This document shows, piece by piece, positions 49,927 to 59,895 of a stretch of DNA of 64,000 nt. The translations under genes were made by a program, and so were the position numbers. Within the stretch, counting starts at the first letter, position 1. Every line of letters starts with the position of its first letter. The DNA is from Chrysemys picta bellii (lineage: Eukaryota): assembly GCF_011386835.1 (NCBI RefSeq), contig NC_088798.1:108934001-108998000 (forward strand), written 5' to 3'. Below the pieces are notes generated by a model. The model did not search any database. It was not told the DNA's origin and worked only from the letters and a program-made list of their open reading frames with translations.

Positions 49927-52900
49927 TCAGCATTTTCCATGTCGCGCAAAGCAAAGACTTCCAAGCTTTTCACTAGGGGGAAAGAGAGACACAGAACTCA
50001 GGGCTGCAACCTTATGGACAACGCGGGTAAAGCTTCTGTCAAGGCCCCAGTGTGTCAAATAAGCAAAGCCCTTTTGCTGACATGAAAAATTAAACTGAGG
50101 AACTTGACCCGGCCTCTAGAAGATAAAGACAGATGGGTGAAGGCCGGGGCTCGAATTACATCACAGTTGTATTTTGTTTTTTATGAATGGGCCATTTATT
50201 CTGTTACTTACTAGACTGCTTTGCAGAAGTAGCATTTGTTGCTGTATGTTTTCCCATCAGTGCCACAAACAGGGTTGTACTCCTCAGTGCAGACAGATGG
50301 AGGCTTCTTGTACTCACTGCAGAAACCCTTCAAAGAACATTAGTATTGCAGTTAGTGTTATTGTCTGCATTTCAGTAGTGCCCCGACGCCACCTCCCCCC
50401 CGCCAGGCTGGGCATTCTCTGAACACAGAGGACCCTGGGAGCTCGCAGTACCTGCTCCTGTCCCTTGTCTCCACTGACGTTCTGATGAACCGACTCCCCA
50501 ATTCCCCTCTCGCTGCCAGGAGGAGCCGAGCCCGTCTCCCTGGTGTAAGAGACGTTTCTGAACCCACAGCACATGGTGCGTGAGCGAAGGGGCATCTCCA
50601 CAGGAAACTCTTTTGTTCCAGTGTAGACGTACCCATGGGTTCTCAGCCCCAGAGATTCACTCTCCCCTGGCTAGGGCACGAGGTAGAGTCTGCTCCTGCT
50701 TTGACTCATCAGTTCTAGCGTGTTTCTAACCCAGAGATCGTGGTCTCTGTGATGCTACAAAGCAGAGACTGGGGAAAGTGACTATTAATGAACAGGGAGA
50801 GTTTGGCTTACCTTACCAGCCTGGCCAGCAGCATCTGGAACAAAACACAGACAGAAACGATACAATGAAGGGAAATGCTGGAGTCAGTTAAGAACATTCA
50901 TCCCTGTGTAGGACAATGCATGCAGCTTCCTAACCAGCACAAGAAGTATTAGCAAGAAGTGTCATGCTTACAACAGTCCTGCTAACACACCCCAGAATGA
51001 TGTTCTCTTTTTTTGCAACAGCGTTACACTGCTGACTCATATTTAGCTTGTGATCCACTATGACCCCAGATCCCTTTCCGCAGTGCTCCTTCCTCGGCAG
51101 TCATTGCCCATTTTGTATGGGTGCAACTGATTGTTCCTTCCTAAGTGGAGTACTTTGCTTTTGTCCTTATTGAATTTCATCCTATTTACTTCATTCTCCA
51201 GTTTGTCTAGATCATTTTGAATTTTCATCCTAACCTCCAAAGCACTTGCAACCCCTCCCAGCTTGGTATCGTCCACAAACTTTATAAGTGTGCTCTCTGT
51301 GCCATTATTGAAATCATTGATGAAGATATTGAGCAGAACCAGACCCAGGACCAATCCCTGTGGGACCCCACTCGATATGCGCTTCTGGCTTTATTGTGAA
51401 CCACTGATAACTACTCTCTTAGAATGATTTTCCAACCAGTTATGAACCCACATTATAGTAGCTCCATCTAGGTTGCATTTCCCTAGTTTGTTAATGAGGT
51501 CATGCGAGACAGTATCAAAAGCCTCACTAACGTCAAGATATACCACGCCTACCGCTTCCCCCCATCCACAAGGCTTGTTACCCTGTCAAAGAAAGCTATC
51601 AGGTTGGTTTGACAAGATTTGTTCTTGACAAATCCATGCTGTCTGCTACTTATCACCTTATCATCTTCTAGGTGTTGGCAAATTGATTGCTTAATTATTT
51701 CCTTCATTATCTTTCCGGATACTGATGTTAAGCTGACTGGTCTGTAATTTCCCAGTTGTCTTAAGCAACCTATATTAAAACAACATCCACCTGTTGGTCT
51801 CATCTTTAGCTTTTGAAACGCAGGCCCCTGTCACTTCAGTCTAAGGACTAGCCCTGTTAGCTGCCAGCTCTAGTAATGCCCTGATGTTCTTTCAAAGCAA
51901 CATCGAGCCAACGGAGGCCAAAAAATGTCCATTGATATCAGTGGAAGCAGGATTAGACCCAAGCTATTCACAACAAAAATGGTTAATGGCTTTGCTTTAA
52001 AACGCCTGTTATGGAGTAGTGCATTTCAGCGGTATTTAATACCACAGCCACTATTCTGCCATTCATTTGTCCTGTGCTCCTCTGGCGCTGGCCTCTGACA
52101 TTGGACTCCACTTCAGGTGTCTTTGTTGTTCCCTGATCTCTCTTTAAGTTTGAAGGGTTTCCTGGCCCTGCTCATTAGTGGCTCTATTAGGAAACATGTG
52201 ATCTGGGTCTTCAGCAGTCACACTGCAAAGAGGCAGCCTAGCGCAACATGGGTTGCCCTGTGCCTCATTGCCTTTGGGAGCAGCCTGCTTTGTCACTCTC
52301 TGTTTTTTGGGTTCTTGTACATTTGGGTTCTGGATTCTAAGATATAAAGTCATATTATATCGCAAGCTTCCAGAAAGAGAAATTTACATTTTTATCGAAC
52401 ATCTGTTTGGATGCTGTGAACATAACACTGCACACTCCGCCATGTACCCCACAAAGGCTGTCTGGTTCATTCATTGACACTGTCTGAAAAATATCAAAAA
52501 AACTAAAGGTTGTGTCTCAGCAGCTGTTTTGCAGGATCCATGACCTCACCAAAAGCCGTAAAAACCTAGGCAGCTATCTCCTATCTCTCTCCTCTATTTG
52601 CGTGTGTCCTCAAAATTAAGTCATAGCAAAGAATTGCATCAGCAATTTCTCCAGTGTAATGAGATGTTTCATTCTGAACATCTGGCTCTGTCTTTTAACG
52701 AAACTGTATCCAGTTCACTAAGATATCATCCCCCCAAGTGAAGATTATCTGTATCAAGGAGCTCTGGATAACAAGGTCATCCAGCATTACAAAGTAGGGA
52801 TTAAAAAAAACGTATTTGGAAAGGATCTAAACCCTCCTGTTTTATACTTTGGCAATGCTGTACATGTTGTCATGCTAATTAAGTATCCTTGAATTGAATT

Positions 52901-53409
52901 AATTTAGGGCATAAAGCAACTCCTAAGTAATAGAAGCTAAGAAGAAACTTTTCCTGCGGGCAGGTTTTCTCAGCTTCTCTCTCAGCCAGAACCAGAGATG
53001 AGAAGAAATTTAGAAAGAAAGGGGATTCCATGGATGTTTGGTTTCTAGGGGCTGTGAATCTTTTCAGCTGCCTCGGTTTCTGGCAGAGTCAGTGATATCC
53101 CAGCCCAGAGAGAACCCCGGGAACAGCCCTTCCGAGCTCTGGGATCGGTGCAGGGAGGTTAGAGCTCCTACAATCAGCTCAACGTCCAGGCTGTGCAGTG
53201 GCATCTCAGAAATAAACCAGCGGCTCCTGGAATCAGCCACTGTGGGGATGTGTGAACCCCTGTATAGATCAGAGTGAGGCTGGTCCCGACCTTTCAGGGG
53301 GCAGAGGTATCAGAGCCGGGCTCAGCACAGGTTACAGCAAAAGTGACTCACCTGAGTAGAAGCAGCAAAGTGCCAGAGCGAAGAGCAGAACGGCCCCTGT
53401 TATCTTCAT
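49927..53409 (-). CDS. Kazal-type serine protease inhibitor B6, 80 aa, P1=Glu
   Basis: Exons 53352-53409, 50812-50834, 50212-50327 (AAG acceptor) and 49927-49972. Protein [80 protein letters not shown]. Confidence 0.9.
50945..51760 (-). mobile_element. CR1 ORF2 fragment in B6 intron 1
   Basis: [10 protein letters not shown] and FVDDTKLGG translations. Confidence 0.85.
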
Positions 53410-53486
53410 GGCGGACGTGGCTGTCTGGTCTGCACTGGGCTCTTGGTGCTCTGCTCCCTCAGTAAACCCCACAGACAGAGCCCCAC

Positions 53487-53494
53487 TATATATA
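53487..53494 (-). promoter_or_regulatory. TATA box of B6
   Basis: TATATATA at the conserved spacing. Confidence 0.75.
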
Positions 53495-54864
53495 GGGTGT
53501 TGGAGAACCCACCTTCATTGTGACATCATCCTAAATAGTCACAACTCCGGCAACCGGAAACAAAGCTCTCAAGGGGAATGCCAAGTTGTGAACAATGTTT
53601 CCTCCACAAGAAGTTTCCAGGATAAGTTGAAGGAGGTTACAAGTCACACCCTTGATTTAGTGAATAATGGCATAGTTATGTGGGCTGAGTGCTCACCATG
53701 GGGACATGGGCACCCAAACCTGGATATGCCTGTTTGTCATGACTACGAGTGCAGAACATATTGCTCATGCTGCACGTTAAAGGCACTGACCCAACCGAGC
53801 ACCTGACATTTACCGTGTTACCAGCCTCTTTCAGCCAGACTCTGCAGTAGGTCACAGCAGCAGGGGGCAAAGCTGACTGTAAGCGACTGCCATGCTGTCC
53901 TGATCTTGCAAGTATTCTGCCCGGAGCCGGTGCCTGGCTTAGTTTAGAGGCGCTAGAGGGCTGGTCTAACTCATTCCACCGGCCTGTGACCCCAAGAAGC
54001 CGTTTCCAATGTCGTGAGATTCCAGGATCTTGGTTCTGTCCCTTTCCTCGGCTGTGCGCCCTGCGGCAGCTGCAGTGATGGGGTGACCCAGGAGTTGATT
54101 GGGCACCTGGAGATCCCCGTGCACAGGGGAGATGCTGCTGTGCCCAGCGAATCCATCGTTAAGGCAGCTTTGCGATGGTGCCGCGCCATTAAACTGCCAG
54201 AACTCAGGGAAGGCTCTGACTCTGTGCCCAGCTCCCTGCTCAGCCAGACGTGAGAAAATCGCATCAGCATCTTCTCTCGAGCCAGCCGGCTTTCGGGAGC
54301 TGCTCTTGCCTTTGGGTCTGCACCAGCGGCTCAGCCCTGTGCTCCAGGGTGCTGGGCCACTTTGTGGGAGAGGTGTAGACGTAGGGCCCAGCCCTGCATG
54401 GCGCTGGGCACCCTCGTGAGGAGCTGAGAGCTATTTAGGACCAAACCAATCCTACTAATATGAATGACTATCTCCCTGGACTGATCCTGCTCACCTTCAC
54501 CATGGCAGCATGAACGCTACATTAAAGGTTGGGACTTACCAGCTGGGGCTATCTAAGTCCCCCAGTGCAAGTGGAAGGACATAACCAGAGATTTTTTTTC
54601 AGCAGTTTCCAGTCTAATGTTCTATCTTTCCGTGTTGATGCCCCTTGAGTCCTCAGTCTCCAGCAACCCAGTGGATAGCAATTCTTTGGAGAGGAAAGTG
54701 TCTTTTGCATGTAATTTCTCTTCTCCATATGCTATAGTTTGACTGCACAACTTCCTTTCTTCAGAGTTGGGAGGAGCGATATTTTGGGTGTCAAAGTTTG
54801 TGTTCACACCGTCCTAGAGGTGGTATGGGAACTGTAGAGAGATCTTAACTTCACTCCCTTCCAG

Positions 54865-57526
54865 GAATTGAAGCAGGGCTTCCTAGGAGATGCTGAGGTA
54901 CCGGCAGTGTGTCTGTGCACATGGCACAACTACCAGTACCTCTTGGGGCATTCTTGGAGAATGGGGAGGGAATTCCTGCTTGTCGCCCATTAGAAGCTCA
55001 AGACCCAATGGACTCCAATACCATGGTGATGGGCAGGATGCAAATGCCTAGGCTTGATAGACAGATGGACAGACAGAGAGACAATTCTTCCAGGAAAAAA
55101 ATCAAGATGGTGTCCAGAAGAGAAGGCGAAAGAGGAAGAGTTCATCATGGTGAGTAACTGGTGGCTCTTAGACACCCCATCTAACCTGCAGTTTTGCATT
55201 GGAGACGGCAGATGATGGTCTCTTGGTGACATGGGAATAGTTGGGAGAGCTCCTCTACAAATGGTGTCTCCATCGGTACAGCAAGTTGAAGGACGTTCTT
55301 GTGAGCTGCTCTTCTTGTTTATTTCCAGCTAAGAGGAGCAAGAGAGGGCAGCTGGTGGTTAAGTACAAGCGTAGTAGATGCTTCTCCTACTCAAGTTTCG
55401 TGCCTTCACTGAGACCAAATTAGTACTTGGCATAAAGCCATTGTAGCCACTGTCATGTCAAAATGTGCATGGCATCAAGATGGAGCTGTGTGCCATCTCA
55501 GCTTCTGGCCATGAAATGGAGCGTTACATGCTTGACGGTATTGGGCAGCTCCTCAAAACGTGCAGGCCCTCTGGATTTCAGCCTCTGTTTTGATGTGTAT
55601 GGCAAACCCATTAAAATATGCCCTGCCTTGACTCCCTCGGGGTACATTTTGACAGACACAGGAAGCCTATCCAAATATGTCCTGCCCTGGTTTTCACTCT
55701 CAGCGCCAACAGGACAGAGTCAGATGCATTTACTGAGCCAGAGACCTTCAGCTTCAATCGCCTTTGCTGAGGACATTTGGAAATTAGGAGAGAACACGGA
55801 AGAGATTTGTGCTGTTTCAGTGAATCCATAAAAGCAGAGCTGGGTGCCGTTAAGGCTGGTCGAGACATCAACATGCCTCACTCACACTTTTAAAATAAGG
55901 AAATGGAAGGTGAGGGCAAGCAGCACCACACACACACACCCCTATTCCTCTACCCAGCGACACAGGCCTCATTGCTAGCACCAACACCATGGGCCCCAGA
56001 GAATGCAGCGCACCCAACCATCCCTTCTTCACAGCCCTGCCCTGCTCAAAGATCTTCTGGGACACAACACAAACATTCCCCGGCTAGCAAAACCCATCCC
56101 CCATGCCCCTCGCTCTGCCTTGGGTTCAGATGAACCCAAGAGAATGTTACAGGCGAGGCGTATGACAAAACACTGTTGTGTTCCTCTTCTTAGCGGCTCT
56201 AAAAGGCATTCACATGCTGCATGGAAGGAATCAGCATTAACCACTTTCTCTGCTGGCTAACAAGGACACAGAAAGACTCAAGTTCTATTGAATAAGGTTC
56301 TTCTAAAACTCTACCTGCTCTTACCCTGCGTCAGACAGCCGGCGTTCCGATAAAGTCTGGGTTCCATGGTGTGGACAAATTGTCTGGGGTCTGGATGAAA
56401 GGGGCTTCCTGGGGATTTCACCCCCATCTCCCACAGCTCCCATATCTCAGCTCATGGAACTACCCCTGCACTGGTGCCGTGTGCTTGGGTAAGTGGGAAA
56501 TGCCTGTGGAAACGGAGAGCAAAATGCAGGGGGAGGACAAGGCCTGACTGAGACCTCAATTCCCAATGTACCTGCGTGCATTCCCTGCACACGCTCGCTC
56601 CTCATGGTTAGAGCGCTTGGGTCACGCTCCGTAGCAAAATGGGCATGTTTTCCTGCAGTGCACGTTTTTGTCATGACGTCTCCTCTCCTGGCCTGTTCTG
56701 CTCTGGTGAAGTTTTTATAAACTTTGGGAAAAGTTCCCCTACCATGGGAGAGCATCTCAGCAAAGGTTTAAGAGCATTCTTGGCTCCACTAGCAGTGATA
56801 ATTCTATTTCAAAGACGACAAGCAAACCCCATCTTTTAAAAGGCACCGGATTCAATTAAATACCCTGCCAGCGTTTCCCATCAAAGGCGAGGAGAGATGT
56901 GTGACAGCGGGTAATCAAGCCAAACTCCAGGGGTGTGGTGCTTTGCTGCTCCTCATGTTGCCATCCCGCTGGCTACCACACCCACACCTCTGCCTCTGAT
57001 GATAGCGTCCTGGAGTCTCCACTGACTCATGCTCCTTCTAGCAGTGGCTTCATTTCTACTCTGCCTATATGCCAGGCAAAGGAGCAGGAACGCACTGAGG
57101 CGGAGAAAGGAGGGGTTAAAGCTCCTGGTCTCCTTCTCCTCTTTTCCCCACCTTCAGAAGGGGGAAGCCACATCCCGCTATCTCTGGCAGAGACAATGGC
57201 TGAGTGTCCTGCCATGTATCTTTGCTGATTCCCAGAACTCAGGCTGAAGTGCAATGCAGCGGGAAGTTCCTTCACCTTTCTCTAGCAGGCTCACTCACTG
57301 TCCCCATCTCATTCTCATGCTCATCCTCCAACTGATTCCTTCAACCCTCCCCGCAGAACCAGAGGAGATGGCGCTGGAAACAACCCCTTCCGTAGCTTCT
57401 GCAGAGGCTGGAAGAGTTGTGACTGTGATGAATTCCTCATTAGAACAGAATGAGCAAAGCCTGTCCCAACTAGCAGACTTCACAGAAACAACGGACACAC
57501 TTCAGGAGCCCATGCTACTTAGCTGA
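54865..57526 (+). other. Candidate spliced ORF of unknown product (exons 54865-55149 and 57357-57526)
   Basis: Strong polypyrimidine-CAG acceptors and a GTGAGT donor, compatible phase-1 junctions and a frame that continues across the splice. There is one in-frame TGA at 54894. No recognised homology. Confidence 0.3.
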
Positions 57527-58370
57527 ATGGAAATCGGGGGGCGGGGGAGAAAAGCTCCCAAGAGGTTTGGATGGGGGTAACACTGATTTGGGTTGGGGAT
57601 GTGAAATGGCCAGACAGAAAAACACATGGAAATATATGTAAACAGCTAACCTGGTATCATTTGTCATTTCTTTCTTTCAAATAACTCATTCAGTGTGTCA
57701 GCATATTACACTCCATTGGAACGATGCGCAGAGCTGAGATGGGGTGTTGTTATGCTGGAAGATGTTAATAGCAGCCATCAATCACAGAGCTGGTTAAAAC
57801 CAGTGGGTGTGCTAACCACCCTTCTTTCAGGTTCCATGGAAGGAGCAATTAAGCCCCTTGAGGCCATGAAATAATAGGAGGCCACTGCCCAAGGCACTGG
57901 GCCACATGGCAAGATCTGATCAGCGCTAAGCCATGTGGGTCAAGGGGTTTCCCTAAGACTGGTTGCAAATGCAAGGATAAGGGGATGGATTGGTTGTAGC
58001 TCTGTGCATGTGTGAGAAAGAAAACCAGAAGCCAGCAAGGGAAGCAGTATTGAGAGTTGTCCTGAGTGGGAGCAGAGGACAGAGCACCTTAGGGTACATG
58101 GCTGGATGGAGGGGCAGGCTTGGAAACTGAGCAAGGAAACTGCCTGTTGCTGTTTGCTTCTACTGAGCGAAACAGACTCTGTAGATTATAAATAAACAGG
58201 ATCGCACCAAAGAAATAGCTGACTAATATAATCAATTTCTCCACCTGAAACAACCTGGCAAGGCCCTGAATATTGGTTAACCACTTGGGCCAAGAGGGCA
58301 ACAGTACATTCTGAGACAGGAGAAATCAAGCATCTCTTGAAAGGTGAATGAGTCTGAGAAGAATCTGGAT

Positions 58371-58496
58371 CAGTGCTTTTCAATCTGTGGTCTGTGAACC
58401 CGGTTCACAGACTATGTCTAAGATTAGCAAAGGGATCCTCACCCCAATTCGAAAATTTTTAGGGGTCGGCAAATCAAAAAAGGTTGAAAACCACTG
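58371..58496. mobile_element. Short hAT-like MITE
   Basis: Terminal inverted repeats CAGTGCTTTTCAA and TTGAAAACCACTG. Confidence 0.6.
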
Positions 58497-59548
58497 CTCT
58501 AAATCAATATCGTCAGAAGGGCGGAATGGGTGTGGGTGTTCGAAAGGGAAAGAGAGAGAGAAAGTTTTGTAAACAGAGAACAAGGACCAGTGACTCACCA
58601 CAGAGCATTTAACTGAGCCCGGGAAGCCAGATGAAAATTGGGTGTTGCCTGTCTCCTTTGAAATATAATGATTCCTGTTCAGAGATGAGCTGCCCCTCAA
58701 ATCTTTGCTGGGACATTGTATGACAACAGGGAAGCATGTCCAATATTTATGAAAACGTACTCAAAGCCGAAGAGGGGATTTATCCCAGAATATAGCCCCA
58801 TTGCCTGTGGGAAGGTGCCTTTGGAATCAGGTATAACGATGTGGCAGGAGCAAATGGAATATTGCCATTAGGAGTTGGGTCAGGCAAACTCCAGAGGCTC
58901 ATGGGAATGAGATTAAGGCTTGTTGGGAATTTTTTAATTAAATTTTTTTTAATTGGAAAATGCCAATTTGTCAAAAACAAAGTTTTTCAGGGGAAAGGGT
59001 CAGTGTGGATGAATTTCCTAACTTGAAAAAAAATGTTGAAAACCAAACAGATTTTGAAATTGCTGAAACACACCAGTTAGACACGTTCTAACTGAAACCA
59101 ATGGAGGTTCATGCTCAGCTTGTGTGAACGGCCAAACCCGCTGGTCCAAAGTGAAGGATTGTGGCCAGCGGCTCTGCCCTCAACTAAGTGTAAATGTTTG
59201 AGATTGCTGCCTCTTCTGACATCAACGTCACCTCCCTTCTGAATGCCCTGCAGAATTCCTGGGCCACACAGGTCAGTTCCTCAGAGTCTGGTTTACTCCA
59301 AGTGTAACTTGCTTTTTTTACACCAGGCCTGGAACAGAGGTGGTCACAAACAGCATGCAGGCAATCCTCTATACCCAAAATCCCAGCTCACACTCATATA
59401 CCTGGTTCCTAGGAAGATTCTCGGTCCTAAGAATTGCCTCTAAATATAGAACAAATAAAGCAGAGAGCAAACTCTGTGCTGTCTGCCAGAGCTTCTCACA
59501 AAGGGTCACTTCAAAAAAAAGTGACAACATAACTGTAGTTCTTCAAAG

Positions 59549-59895
59549 ACTCATAGACTCATAGACTTTAAGGTCAGAAGGGACCAGTATGATCATCTAG
59601 TCTGACCTCCCGCATGATGCAGGCCAAAAAAGCTGACCCACCCCTTTCCCTTAACTCAGCTGTTGAAGTCCCCAAATCCTGTGATTTAAAGACTTCAAGT
59701 CGCAGAGCATCCCCCAGCTAGCGACCCCCGCCCCATGCTGCGGAGGAAGGCGAAAAACCTCCAGGGCCTCTGCCAATCTACCCTGGAGGAAAATTCCTTC
59801 CCGACCCCAAATATGGCGATCAGTAGAACCCCGAGCATGCAGGCAAGATTCTCCAGCCAGACCCTCATTGACCATTGATACTATTTACCAGCGAT
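59549..59895 (-). mobile_element. CR1 3' UTR fragment
   Basis: (CATAGACT)2 tail; homologous to 31209-31560. Confidence 0.75.

Noticed and set aside
538-53494. Initial impression of an immunoglobulin/TCR V-segment array (repeated leader exons)
   Set aside because: No RSS heptamer-nonamer pairs or Ig-domain exons were found; the leaders splice to Kazal exons.
57029-57247. ORF resembling a transmembrane segment plus basic tail (MLLLAVASFLLCLYARQRSR...)
   Set aside because: An in-frame stop lies two codons upstream and there is no supporting splice context; probably chance.
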